From contig NC_068984.1 of the NCBI RefSeq assembly GCF_001194135.2, positions 32,770,299 to 32,826,793 on the forward strand: DNA of 56,495 nt. Reading direction: 5' to 3'. Of this stretch, positions 12,590-26,151 are shown piece after piece. Both the position numbers and the translations under genes were made by a program. The first letter of the stretch is position 1. Each line of letters opens with the position of its first letter. The notes under the pieces are model-generated. The model saw nothing but the letters and a program-made list of their open reading frames with translations, did not search any database and was not told the DNA's origin. The DNA comes from Octopus bimaculoides (lineage: Eukaryota).

Positions 12590-12910
12590 GTGATAATAAA
12601 ACTCTTGGTTGGGAAAAATCCTCATCCACCTTATTCTCCCGACCTTGGTCCTTCAGACCACCATTTGTTTCGTAGTTTACAGAATCATTTGGGGAATATA
12701 ATTTTTGCAAGCCAGGAGGCTGACATTTCAGAGTTCTTCGCTTTGAAACCAAAAGTGTTTTACATTGATGGGATTAAAAAGCTTGTAAATAGATGGAAGG
12801 AAGTCATAGATAATCAGGTACATTGATGATTAAATTTAAATTAAATATAACATTTGATCACTTGTTTTCTTTATTCAAAATTCGGACAGAACTTATGGGA
12901 TGACCTGATA
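12590..12910 (+). mobile_element. mariner (DD34D-type) transposase C-terminal remnant with right TIR
   Basis: PHPPYSPDLGPSDHHLFRSLQNHL matches the mariner YSPDLAPxD motif, followed by FYIDGIKKLVNRW. Terminal CGGACAGAACTTATGGGATGACCTGA+TA at ~12883-12910 is TIR-like. Confidence 0.9.
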
Positions 12911-13030
12911 GAAACAAATTAAAGAAAACTACAACATCGAATAAAAACGTAAGAGATACAGCCAAATTAAACGAATTTCTGCGGTGCTGCTTCTTGGCTA
13001 GAAGCAGATAGCAATATTTAGGTGAAGACT

Positions 13031-13246
13031 AAGGCAGTGAGGTGGCAGAATCATTAGCATACCGGACAAAACACTTAGCAGCATTTCGACCGTTTCTACG
13101 TTCTGATTTGAAATACCACCGTGGTTAACTTTGCATTTCATATTTCGAGGTCGATAAAATAAATACCAGCTGAGTACTGGGGTTGATGTAACCGATTACC
13201 TACTCTCCCGAAAATACTGGTCATATGCCAAAATTTGTAACCAATA
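13031..13246 (+). mobile_element. Family B SINE, tandem copy 1
   Basis: AAGGCAGTGAGGTGGCAGAATC...GGTCGATAAAATAAATACCAG...GCCAAAATTTGTAACCAAT. Confidence 0.85.
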
Positions 13247-13251
13247 CATAT

Positions 13252-13465
13252 GAAGGTGGCGAACTGGCAGAGTCGTTAGCATGCCAGGCAAAATGCTTAG
13301 CGGCATTTCGTCCGTCTCTACGTTCTGAGTTCAAATAGCGCCGATGGTGACATTCATACTTTCGGAGTCGATAAAATAAATACCAGTTGAGCACTAGGGA
13401 CGATGTAATCGATTTACCCACTGTCCCTAAAATGTTGGTCTTGTGCCAAAATTTGAAACCAATAT
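13252..13465 (+). mobile_element. Family B SINE, tandem copy 2
   Basis: GAAGGTGGCGAACTGGCAGAGTCG...GAGTTCAAAT...GTGCCAAAATTTGAAACCAAT. Confidence 0.85.
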
Positions 13466-13629
13466 TTGGAAGAAGGATAGAACTAAAGAAATATATTCAC
13501 ATTTAAAATATATGAAAATTTCTATGAACTAGGTGTATACATGCCTCTGAAGATATCAACATCTTCACAGACTGCAACATACGCTACCACAAGCACACAA
13601 ACACACACGCCTGCACACATGCACACATG

Positions 13630-13662
<33 letters not shown>

Positions 13663-13961
13663 NNNNNNNNNNGTGTGTGTGTGTGTGTGTGTGTGTATGT
13701 GCACATGCATGTGCAAGTGTGCACGTGTGTTGTCTATTACGTTCTCTGCCTATGCAATATTTGATATTTTGATATTCCCCCCCCTCTCTCTCTCTCTCTC
13801 TTTCCCGTCAAAAATCTTTTATGTTCACCCCTACCCACCCTTCCACCCTTCTCACTCTCCACTTTCATTGTCTTTTTTTTCCTTTTTTCCTTCTCTTTTT
13901 TCCTGCTTCTCTTTTTTTTCTTTTTTTCTCTTTCCTCAGTTACACTTTCTGTTCTTTACGT

Positions 13962-13962
<1 letters not shown>

Positions 13963-14037
<75 letters not shown>
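13963..14037. repeat. (TTTC)n microsatellite
   Basis: Directly visible. Confidence 0.95.
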
Positions 14038-16769
14038 TTTCACATGCATACACGTAAGCAGACTCGGATCAGAATATAAATGAGTGCACACATACCAGTA
14101 CAATCACAAACATGTACACACACGTTCACGCACGTGCGCCCGCGTTCACACACACACACACACACACATTAGCCTACCACACGCATGCACATGCATGTAA
14201 ATGCACGCACACACGCATACGCACACAGACATATACTTACATACAGAGGAAGTCTGAATATACACGAAACAAGCAGATACGTATGCGCAGCAGTCTCTGA
14301 AAGAACAGCTTATTTATAAGAGAGAATATAAGAGAATAGAACTGGTAAAGGAAACTAACAGAACCAATGAACAAACGATTTAATAGAAACCCCCGACTTT
14401 GAGGTCGACTGCTATAAAATGTCCCCTTAGTTTTGTCATCTTAATAACAAGCCGACGTCATTTGTTGGGTCCACTTCACTGGCTTTTACAGATGTTGAAG
14501 GGCGGGGCATCTGTTTGTTGTGAAGCTTTTGATCTTGTCGTGGTGAAATATTTAATAGCTAGTTATAAAAATTTATAGCTTCTCAACCTTTCACATGATG
14601 ACCGTTACATTTGCACACACTAAGTCATATACGCGCAAATGCACACAAGCATACCCATAAGCAAATGCAGTTATGCACATACACAGATAATATGCGAATG
14701 TGCATGTACTGCTTGTACTTGGAAACACACGTATACGAATACAGTCTAATACACACATACATGCGCACACACATACATGCGCACACACATACATTTAAAG
14801 GAAACGAGCTACATAAGTATACAAGAATGAATGCTCTATGATTTTAAAGCCGGTCAGTAACAATCAGAGTTATAGACCTTCGTATATAAATATATGAAAT
14901 CAAACTACTGACCAAACAACCAACTTACCAACCAACTAACCAACTAACCAACCAGCCAACCAACCAAATGTATACTGATATAATTACATATAAATCAATT
15001 CAGAATATCCACTAACATGCATATAGAGTCAGTCGCAAATGCATACACAACTATAGACATGTTTATAAAAGCAGACATGACACTCACACTGAGGCTATGG
15101 CACTCATGTAGCAATACAGTAATAAATATAAATCTATACGTGCACCTTCAGTTTCATAGACTAATGCATATACCAACATACATGGATATGTAATAAAACC
15201 ATTTTGAAGCGTATTGGTATTCACAGACAAAAGCAAAAGAAACAAAAAGAAATAAATAAACAAAAAAAAAATATCAAAAACGAAAATCTATATACGAAGA
15301 TAGGTAGAACTGTTGGAACAAACTCGTAGGTAAACTTCATGCAACAAACTCATAAATGCTTATAATTATAGATCTAGCGTATTATATAAATTTGAATCTG
15401 TGCACNNNNNNNNNNNNNNNNNNNNNNNNNNNNNNNNNNNNNNNNNNNNNNNNNNNNNNNNNNNNNNNNNNNNNNNNNNNNNNNNNNNNNNNNNNNNNNN
15501 NNNNNNNNNNNNNNNNNNNNNNNNNNNNNNNNNNNNNNNNNNNNNNNNNNNNNNNNNNNNNNNNNNNNNNNNNNNNNNNNNNNNNNNNNNNNNNNNNNNN
15601 NNNNNNNNNNNNNNNNNNNNNNNNNNNNNNNNNNNNNNNNNNNNNNNNNNNNNNNNNNNNNNNNNNNNNNNNNNNNNNNNNNNNNNNNNNNNNNNNNNNN
15701 NNNNNNNNNNNNNNNNNNNNNNNNNNNNNNNNNNNNNNNNNNNNNNNNNNNNNNNNNNNNNNNNNNNNNNNNNNNNNNNNNNNNNNNNNNNNNNNNNNNN
15801 NNNNNNNNNNNNNNNNNNNNNNNNNNNNNNNNNNNNNNNNNNNNNNNNNNNNNNNNNNNNNNNNNNNNNNNNNNNNNNNNNNNNNNNNNNNNNNNNNNNN
15901 NNNNNNNNNNNNNNNNNNNNNNNNNNATATATATATGGTGACCGCAATATCTGGATGGTACATCAGTGTAGGTATGCATAGTTACGTTAATAATATTCCA
16001 GTAGAAAATTATGATTTCCACCTACGAAGAACAAACAGTGTTCAAATTCTGATGGTAAGAATCACGTTGTTATTATTGTTGCTATTGTTGCAATCTCATC
16101 CGAAGTCAATCTTTATTGAAAAGACGAATTAAAATCGTTGCAGACCTGAACTGCCAGACAAGTTTTTCAGATATAGTGTATTGAGGGAAACATTATCTAA
16201 TAAGGTTTCCTTCCCTGAAGGGAGGTATTATTCGAAAAGGATTTAGGTGCTATTGTGAGCAGGACGAGTGTTATTTCTACTTCCAAAGAATCATTTACAA
16301 TTTTAAACTTTTGTTGTTTACAAACTTGTATAAATATAGACAAGCAAACACACTGATGCAAATATACACCTGTCCATACCGGTGATTTTTATGACAATTT
16401 TTCATTGGATAATGCTTTGGTAATGTTAGTCACATGAAAGAGTTTGTTGCTGATTGTAGAGCTAACGTGTTAATATGGCTCAGGAGTAATCAATGCAATC
16501 TAAGAATATCGCTGTCCGGTGTAATTACTTTGTGAGGCTGGCTGCCGCTGGTTGAAACCGATTTTTCCGAAATGTAACCTTCGGTGTTCGAAAATTTAGA
16601 AATTAGTCAAACGGGCATCTTACGGTTGTCAACATCTGAACAATAATTTTAGTGATTGTTGAAGCTCAAACAGATTTTGTTGTATCTAAGGCAAGTCATC
16701 GCGCCAATAAAAATAAAAATAGAAACACACGCACTGGTTCAATTTCACTCCATTTTTTTTTTTTAGTTA

Positions 16770-17002
16770 ATTGGTTAGTATCATAACCAACTAAGTAATC
16801 GCTCGTTTGTTTAATTTGTTGTCAAAGTGTTTTCATCACTGTCCGGGAGCTCATCAATGACATCCCTTCTCTCCCTCACGGATGTCACGATTAACAATGA
16901 AAGGACTTTGACAAGCAAATGATCGATTTTTTTAATCAACAAATTAAACAAGCGATTAATTAGTTAGTTGGCTTTGTAACTAATCAGTTACAAAGCCAAC
17001 TA
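16770..17002. repeat. Nested palindromic (MITE-like) element with terminal hairpins
   Basis: Inverted segment pairs: CCAACTAA/TTAGTTGG, TAATCGC/GCGATTA, TTGTTTAATTTGTTG/CAACAAATTAAACAA, GTCAAAGT/ACTTTGAC, TGACATCC/GGATGTCA. Perfect 17-bp stem with 4-nt loop at 16965-17002. Confidence 0.75.
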
Positions 17003-17479
17003 GTGAAAATTAACCACTGTGTGTGTTTATTATTATTAGCATAACGCCCTTTCTTAAATGCAACTTATAAACGAGCTTTCAACCGGACCCGTTTCTAGCT
17101 AGAGAATAATTAGAATCGAGCGCTGTATTATTGAAGATATCTATCTCCTAGAATCGGTCTGAAACATTGCAACTTGCTCCAGGCACAAAAGTCTTAATCA
17201 TTGACGGCAGGTGGCTAACCTATTTATGGATGTAAATGGCACTCTCATACATATTTCGAGAGGGAGAGGGAGAGAGCGAGAGTGCGTGAGAGGGAGACAA
17301 AGAGAGGGAGGGAGATCGAGAGGGTGTGTATGAGAGAGGGAAAAAGAGAGAAACAGTGATTGAAAGAGAGAAATAAAGAGAGAGAGAGAGAGATTGGGAG
17401 GGAAAGAGCGAGAGAGAAAGCGAGAGAGTGAAGTGAAAAAAATCTTCCGTTGTTCTTGTCTTTGTACTTTATTTTCAAG

Positions 17480-17540
<61 letters not shown>
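17480..17540. repeat. (TAG)n microsatellite, preceded by a (GA)-rich tract ~17260-17430
   Basis: Directly visible. Confidence 0.95.
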
Positions 17541-17542
<2 letters not shown>

Positions 17543-17720
17543 TATCACCCCTGCTGGCAATACTGTCGGTAGCAGTAGCATTAATTTAGTGCCAAAAGAA
17601 ATTTTGTAAAAAAATGTTTTGTTTGAAAATCTGAAGCATATATTAATCTCTAATTAAAGGGTAAACTTATTAATATTGACATTTTCAACTCGCATAGCGG
17701 TGCACAGTCTGTAAGCGAAG

Positions 17721-17732
17721 AGTGACGTCACT
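17721..17732. promoter_or_regulatory. Extended CRE palindrome AGTGACGTCACT
   Basis: Perfect 12-bp palindrome containing the CREB/ATF site TGACGTCA in unique sequence; function not shown. Confidence 0.25.
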
Positions 17733-18289
17733 AAATCGAAAGTGACATATCAATGTTACTAACTTTATTGCTTGTGAAAAGATACAACATTTATAATTTG
17801 CAGACTTGCATTAAAAGAGTAAACATATCCTTGTATTTTGCCGCTGTTCTAATGACGCAAACATTGATCGCAGACCATATTCGGAGAAAGACCAGTCCGC
17901 TGAATGGCATAAAGTCACCCATAAACACATTGTCATGTTGTCTCCCGCCATTCTCTCCCGGCTTTTTTTTTAATATATATTATAATGGCCTCTGCTCCTC
18001 GAAACCGTCTGTTCTCATGCTACGTTTGCTTAGGCACTCCTGAGTTTTATATACACCTATTGTATACATCTCATCTATGCGTTTTACTCTGCTATACTGC
18101 ATTACATAAAACTACATTGAGGAAAAAGAAAAGAAAAGAGAAGAGAAGAGAAAAGAAAGGAAACAAAAATACGATAAAATATCTGAAATCTGTCACAAAC
18201 TCAAAATTTCAAATACATAACATTTATTCTATAAATTTGTTTGCTGTACTGGCAATAACAATTGCTGCAACATCGTGAAGAGTAAGAGA

Positions 18290-18617
18290 AGCAAACATAA
18301 CAATACGATTAACAACATTGACAAAAAAAATACAAGAACAAGAACAAGAAGAACAGCAACTACATGATCATCATCATCATCATCATCAGTAAAAGCAGCA
18401 ATAACGACCATCACAAATACGACGACCACAACAGCTTCAACGAAAGCCAAATGACATAACTAGCAACAGCAACAACAATATATATACACCAGTAAAAGAT
18501 TGAAGAAAAGGAGGAAAAAAAGAAAACCTAGGAGCAACAGCAGCAGCAGCAGAATTAGTAAAAACATCATCAGTAAGAAGAAGAAAAACAATTATTACAA
18601 CTACAACTGCAAACATC

Positions 18618-18648
<31 letters not shown>

Positions 18649-19030
18649 GCAACAACTACTACTACGACTTCAACAGCAGCAGCGACAACAACAACAACAA
18701 CACCAGGATATTTTACGAGAAGCTAAGAAACGAGTTCGATTAATGTTGATATAAGTTGGGAAAGCATCGGAGCGGAAACGATTCTAGATTGACAACGTGT
18801 TTATCTGTCTTGTGTGGTTGCAGTAGTAATGGCTTATTGAAGTAAGGTGGGTTTAGTGGCGAGATTATAGCTATGGTGATAGTGATGATGTTGATGATAG
18901 GTGTGGTGGTGGTGGTGGTTGTAGTTGCGGTGAGGAGGATTTCATTGATTAATATATCGTAGTGGTGCTGGTAGGAGCAGAGATTGTTGTGGTTGGTGTG
19001 TTAGTGGACCTTAATGTTGTGGCTAGATGA
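18290..19030. repeat. Mixed trinucleotide low-complexity block (CAT, CAG, CAA, then GGT/GTT)
   Basis: Directly visible; produces the poly-Q and poly-L ORFs. Confidence 0.9.
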
Positions 19031-19212
19031 AAATTAGGATGGCTTAAATATCTCTGACACACATATATTTCAGCGCAATCAAACAGTGAGACGTACATAT
19101 TGACACACTGCCATGCAAAAACAACAACAACACAACAAAACAAAACAAAACAAAAATACATTCATACACGCTGCAATACTCTGTATTCACAAACATACAC
19201 ATATTTTATTAC

Positions 19213-19282
<70 letters not shown>

Positions 19283-19313
19283 GTGTTCAGCCCTGTGTGG
19301 CCAATAAAGAAAG

Positions 19314-19364
<51 letters not shown>

Positions 19365-19365
19365 C
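19213..19365. repeat. Two (TATC)n tracts
   Basis: Directly visible. Confidence 0.95.
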
Positions 19366-19487
19366 CTAATCTCTCTCTGTTTCTCTCTCTCTCACACACA
19401 CTATCTCTATCTATTTGCCTGTCTGCCTGTCTTTCTATCTGTGTGTCTCTCTATCAGCCTGTCTCTGTGTGTGTGTCTCTATCTGTC

Positions 19488-19524
<37 letters not shown>

Positions 19525-19943
19525 CTCTCTGTCCGTCAGTCTGTCTCTCTGTCAGTCTGTCTGTCCGTCAGTCTGTCTGTCTATCGATCGAACGATCTAT
19601 AAATATATCTATTTATCTATCCATATACTTATCTCAGTTTGCTTCATTTATATGTATGCCTTTATGTTTGTATGTTGAGGTGTGTGCATAAATGTATTAT
19701 GTATGTATGATGCATATATATATGTGTATGTGTGCGTGTGTGTGTGTGTATGTATGTGAATATAATATGTATGCACGTACAATCATTCTGTATACACATA
19801 ATGCACATATATTCATTTAGTATATTTACATAGGCTCAGCTGCACAAACGCACATGCATAGCCATGCCTACACAAGTATATTCGCCAGAAAGTAAATTTG
19901 TATATCCATGACAGCATTTATACAGAATTATAAACCGAACACA

Positions 19944-19944
19944 T

Positions 19945-20010
<66 letters not shown>
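19944..20010. repeat. (TTTC)n microsatellite
   Basis: Directly visible. Confidence 0.95.
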
Positions 20011-20011
<1 letters not shown>

Positions 20012-20605
20012 CTCACGCACATTCTCATACACACTTATACGCACACACACACACGAATGCTCACAATTGTCGATGATCCATGGAAACTTTTTGTGCTGCA
20101 ATTTACTTTTCAGACATTTTATGATGATCACACAAAAACAACTTCTATTGGTTAAGTTGTTGTTATTATTGTTGATGTAAAAGTTATTGTGAATTAAGAT
20201 TAGATGAAATATAGTAACTTGACAGTCTGAATACATAGGAATATTTTTGAGATTATTGTATGTCATGTTATATTACTGTATAACCCCAGGTCGACTCTGA
20301 TTGATCAGGCAGATATGATGAAAGACTTTCCAGCCACAAGCATTCACTCTTGTCCGTCTGGGTTTACAGTCTCCAGCGTCGTCTTCGGTTTTAACACTGT
20401 GGGGGTGTGACTTGATTGAAGATTGGTTGTTATATTCAGAAATCCAAATGACTCCGCACAGTTACTCTCATTATCTGGGTTACGAATGGGTTTGTAGTGG
20501 AGTTCAGTGCATAGAACTCACCGAATAAGGCTTTTAAAAGGTTATGCATACATATATAGATATACAATAATATTGACATAAGACATATAGGTATATGCAT
20601 ATCTA

Positions 20606-21300
20606 TAGAAGGTGTGTCTGCTATTTGGGAACAAAATTTAATTTAAGGAAGCAAATATATTTATTAGAAAAAGCAATATACTTTTATAGAATTTGGTATA
20701 CATATTCTTACATACATATAACAAAATGTTTATTCCATAAAACCGCTTCGTAGATGACTAAATTCGTTGATCAGGTCATAGGTCATTTGTATTCATACTG
20801 GCCATACCATACTCAATGGCAAACATCTACGAGTCCTTGGTATTGTGGTTATGCTTGTTGGTCCTGCCTCTCAAAAACGCCCGAGCTATAGTGCTTTAGT
20901 TGGGTATAAATCAGGATAGCTAGGAGTCCAAATGTTAGGGGTAACATGATCATAAAAAATTTCGGCCATTCATTTCCGGATCGTACCTGCTGTGTGAAAC
21001 GGAGGCAGGTTTTGCTGGAACATGTTCGGCCTTCCACGAATAAATCTTTTGATCAAGGGCTTGACAATCGTTTCCCTTTTCTCGGGAAAAAGTGAAGAGG
21101 TATGGCACAGCCTCATTGCCAACGACCTCTGGTGCCCTCACAGGCGATAGGAACTAGATGTGCATAACAGTGAAGAAAAGACTGTGGATGATGCAGATTC
21201 ATCTGTCGTTCTTCACGAGCCAGAACATGTCGGGCTCCTGAGAGTGCTCGAGTTTGTTCAGTAAGCACTTCCGGGGTATCACAAGATTCTTCTGGCTCGA
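20606..21300 (-). mobile_element. Tc1/mariner-superfamily transposase remnant, maT (DD37D)-like
   Basis: Frameshifted motifs VVGNE, RGRPNMFQQN (cf. GRPYVFQQD), FYDHVTPNIWTPSYPDLYP (cf. WPPSSPDLNP), TNKHNHNTKDS and MASMNTNDL. Putative terminus TA|TAGAAGGTGTGTC near 20606. Runs into the gap at 21423. Confidence 0.75.
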
Positions 21301-22280
21301 GTCTTATCAGATATGAACTGACCTCTTCTCATACCATAGGAATTGTTTCTTATCCTTGACTCCGACACACAGAGATAATTTGTATTGGCTCTCATTGATT
21401 AGCCGAGATTCCCGTTGATGCTNNNNNNNNNNNNNNNNNNNNNNNNNNNNNNNNNNNNNNNNNNNNNNNNNNNNNNNNNNNNNNNNNNNNNNNNNNNNNN
21501 NNNNNNNNNNNNNNNNNNNNNNNNNNNNNNNNNNNNNNNNNNNNNNNNNNNNNNNNNNNNNNNNNNNNNNNNNNNNNNNNNNNNNNNNNNNNNNNNNNNN
21601 NNNNNNNNNNNNNNNNNNNNNNNNNNNNNNNNNNNNNNNNNNNNNNNNNNNNNNNNNNNNNNNNNNNNNNNNNNNNNNNNNNNNNNNNNNNNNNNNNNNN
21701 NNNNNNNNNNNNNNNNNNNNNNNNNNNNNNNNNNNNNNNNNNNNNNNNNNNNNNNNNNNNNNNNNNNNNNNNNNNNNNNNNNNNNNNNNNNNNNNNNNNN
21801 NNNNNNNNNNNNNNNNNNNNNNNNNNNNNNNNNNNNNNNNNNNNNNNNNNNNNNNNNNNNNNNNNNNNNNNNNNNNNNNNNNNNNNNNNNNNNNNNNNNN
21901 NNNNNNNNNNNNNNNNNNNNNNNNNNNNNNNNNNNNNNNNNNNNNNNNNNNNNNNNNNNNNNNNNNNNNNNNNNNNNNNNNNNNNNNNNNNNNNNNNNNN
22001 NNNNNNNNNNNNNNNNNNNNNNNNNNNNNNNNNNNNNNNNNNNNNNNNNNNNNNNNNNNNNNNNNNNNNNNNNNNNNNNNNNNNNNNNNNNNNNNNNNNN
22101 NNNNNNNNNNNNNNNNNNNNNNNNNNNNNNNNNNNNNNNNNNNNNNNNNNNNNNNNNNNNNNNNNNNNNNNNNNNNNNNNNNNNNNNNNNNNNNNNNNNN
22201 NNNNNNNNNNNNNNNNNNNNNNNNNNNNNNNNNNNNNNNNNNNNNNNNNNNNNNNNNNNNNNNTATATATATATATATAT

Positions 22281-22332
<52 letters not shown>

Positions 22333-22703
22333 ATGCATGTATGTATGTATGAATGTATGCATGTATGTATGTATGCATGTATGTATTTATGTATTGAGTG
22401 CTTAAAGAGGTGTACAGATATTGTATGGTGAGAAAAAGGAGATAGTCAGAATTTGGATAATTCTTTATTGGCGCTTTCCTTCGTTTAACAGAACTCTTCA
22501 AGAAATAAATTAAAACCAAAATAACAAAAGCAGAATGTTTCCTCGTCACATAAAAGGAAACGAAACGTTCTGTTTTTATTATTTTTGTTAAATGTTTTTT
22601 TCCACCTTTTCTCAATATATAGATGTAGATATGTACACACACACATATATTTATAATGTATATGTATGTATATAAATATATAAATCCACCGCTACATACA
22701 CAC

Positions 22704-22740
<37 letters not shown>

Positions 22741-22750
22741 NNNNNNNNNN

Positions 22751-22792
<42 letters not shown>

Positions 22793-23281
22793 GTACATAT
22801 TAATATGTGTGTGTATATTTACATGTATATGTGTGTGTATTTATAAGGAAATATTTGACAGTGAATTTTCAGTTTTGCTCGTATCTTGAGTTTAGCAACC
22901 GACGAGACTTCGAATCAACTTACCCGATTACCCGCAGTTGCTGAACTTTAAATTTAAGATTCAAAATCATATTTTTCTGTGTATTCGAATATCTTCTTTT
23001 GTAATAAGTTTTCACTTCGTAGATTTTCTTTCATATTATTCTTCCTTGGAAGTTAGATCATCCATCATTATCAGGTAGTATGTAGGAGCAAAAACATTGA
23101 CAGGCAACTTTATAGTTAAATTATTATTAATTACATTGGTCGACCAAAGAGTAATGTTATCTAACTCTTGATATTTTTCCATTTATAAACGTATTTAACC
23201 CTTCTGTTTATTATTTCTCATGTTGAAAACGTTGAAATTATAAACTACCTTTATTTATTAGTGTATTTTTAACTTAGACGA

Positions 23282-23490
23282 GGGGTGACGAGTTGGCAAA
23301 ATCGTTAGACCGCCAGAAAAATGTTGTATAGTATTTCTTCCGATTCTTTGTTTTCTGGCTTGAAAACCCGCAGAAATTATCTTTGGCATTCGTCCTTCAA
23401 AAGGCGATTCAATACTGAAATACTGGGGTCGCCGGCATCGATTAATTCCCTCTTCGCAAAATTGAGGGACTTTTGCCTAAATCAGAAACC
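23282..23490 (+). mobile_element. Degenerate family B SINE
   Basis: GGGGTGACGAGTTGGCAAAATCGTTAG...ATACTGGGGTCG...CCTAAATCAGAAACC aligns with the 13-kb copies. Confidence 0.65.
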
Positions 23491-23706
23491 TTTATTCTTT
23501 ATTAGTTTACATCTTGGTAAGATTTCTAGAAAATTCCCATGTAAGCCTATTTTGTGTATGAGTGGGAAATGATTTCAGATGTCGCAGCTATTCTACGTAT
23601 ACTAACGAGAAGTCTGAAGTAGGTAAGTACAATACGTAGTTCTCACGTTAATCCCTCACTCTTTATCGAGATGAAAATCTCGCCATTTTGTAGGTATGTT
23701 ATAATG

Positions 23707-23737
<31 letters not shown>

Positions 23738-26116
23738 TGGTGTGGTTGCTATTGCTCCTTTGCTGCTGCTACCATTTTTGTTGGTGGTGATGCAGCTTGT
23801 GTTTTTGATGTTGAGCTTTACTTCAGTTCTGATCAAAGCCATTCAATCTAGCTTTGGCATTTCCGACTATTTTATTCTGTTTTTACATCCATGCCTGCAT
23901 TATCCAGTCTATCCCTACTTTTACTAAGATGTTAGGAATGTGACCAGAGGAAGATTTGTTATCATTTCTAGCATAGTGGCTTTTGAAGTTAGTTCATCCT
24001 AGAGTATTACTAAACAGTAAAAGGTATTTTAACATACGCTGTGTGTAATGTAAGAAAATCGCATGACACGAAAGATCTAGAGACAAACAGAGCTTCCCTC
24101 AACATATTTCTGCAATATATCAGATGGTAAACACTTGTTGATGTTCTGCATCTCAAGACATTTACCCATCCCCCGATAGACACATGATTGACGATAAAGT
24201 TACTGTTCCGACGGAAATGATTCAGCTGTCTGTTAAGTCTGCACAATGCATCAATGCAAATATATATGATGCAGTTAGTTATTCAGAGAAGATTAAGACA
24301 AAGAAAGAAGAGAAGAAGCAGAAGAAAGAAAAGCAGGAGTCGTTCACCAAACCCACCAAGACAACAATGATAACAATAAGATGACAACAACGACAACAAC
24401 AACAACAACAATGACGGCAATCTCCACGGCTACGATCACCATAAACCCAGCTACAACAATAACACGAACCAAAGTGGGGGCGCGCATACCTGGTAGCTTG
24501 AACAGTTTGAAATAGCAGACAAAACTTCCACATTTCAAATTACGGTCTGAAAGAGAGCTTATTGGATATCGTGGTCATAGGTTCAGAGCATGCAGGAAAA
24601 CAAGGAGGATACTTACTACTAGAATGTCTTTGATTATAATGTTTACTCTGTCAGAAATGATAACATCAACAAAAATAATAGCTGCACGTGCGAGCATGAA
24701 GCATCTGAGCAGTCCCTGGATTTATTATATATATATATATATATATATNNNNNNNNNNNNNNNNNNNNNNNNNNNNNNNNNNNNNNNNNNNNNNNNNNNN
24801 NNNNNNNNNNNNNNNNNNNNNNNNNNNNNNNNNNNNNNNNNNNNNNNNNNNNNNNNNNNNNNNNNNNNNNNNNNNNNNNNTATATATATAAAAAGCTACA
24901 TTCTTTTCAAACTACCCACCATCGTTTATTTCAAACAACATATTGAATGATACACTCGTGGATAGATTATTCTAGAAGAAAATACGTTATGCTAATAGGT
25001 ATACTGATCCTCTGTCACAAGGCAATCAACTCTGAAAACAAAAATAACAATAAATTCCAAAATATTGATTTCAAGTAGATCAACCGCTATATTTTATTGA
25101 ATTCGAGCTACCAACTCATTGCCCTTAGTAGCAGTTATAGTTGTTTCTTACATTTATAATAATCATTGTTTGGGACCAACAATTCAACATTTAGTGCGTT
25201 TCAATACTGAATAGCTAGCTCATTAGCAATTTTAGACAAATGACATGTGTTGTATTGAAATTCATATGTTGATTTTGTTTCACTCCGGTCGAGAGGCTTA
25301 AAGAGTGATCCTCAGTCAACCAAAATATCTTCCAAGGGTTTATACGGGAATTATCAAAGTTAATGACTCCAAGGCAACTTTCACTAACTGTATGTATTAT
25401 TTCTGCTCTAGGATTTGAGAAACCTCTACATCCCCATCTGCAAACCTCTCAAGTAGTGGATGGCCTGTTCTGCATAAGCCTTCGTATTCGTTTTCAGCAG
25501 GCAACTGTTAATTTTGTATCCCTGAAAAACAGTGCTTAATGAAATAGCTATGCTGCATCACTTACCAAGATGACTGAACTTTCATACTGCTGCGTTAACT
25601 GTCTTCGCTAGTCACGAATTTTAAAACCTCAGTTGATAACATACAGAATTTTTACTGGAACTCTCCAAACATTCTACTGCAATAGAAAATAAAGGGGACT
25701 ACACATATACTGTTTACCATTTCTTTTCTATTTAAGTAGGTGGTGTAAAATCTAGCGGTAGCGTAGCAGTTTTCTACCAGTTCTCGCGATATCACCTGAT
25801 ATAACTAACGGGAATGTAATTTATATACCATCCATTGACAATATGCCTTCTTTAGAACTCTTGGTTACATTTAGATGAAGAGGATGTGAACGATAAAACG
25901 TGGTATTGTGCCTATGAAATTCGGTTAGTAAAAATTTAAACCACGATCTTTTAATATAACTATTTAAACTCCTCAAGACGTCTTATGATTTTGTTCGTAA
26001 ATTTTTGGCACTTACATATACATGTGTGTGAGTGAGTGTGTGCGCGCGTATGTGTGTGTGTGTATTCGCGTGTGTGTGTGTGTGTGTATGTGTGTGTGTG
26101 TGTATATATATATATA

Positions 26117-26151
<35 letters not shown>

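Noticed and set aside
13621-13720. Apparent (CA)n/(TG)n palindrome around a 10-N gap
   Set aside because: Cannot be separated from an assembly join artefact.
18500-18754. Poly-Q ORF (84 aa)
   Set aside because: Entirely within a trinucleotide low-complexity block; no domain and no splice context.
22889-22947. 11-bp inverted repeat with a 37-nt loop
   Set aside because: Short and imperfect; expected occasionally by chance in 56 kb.
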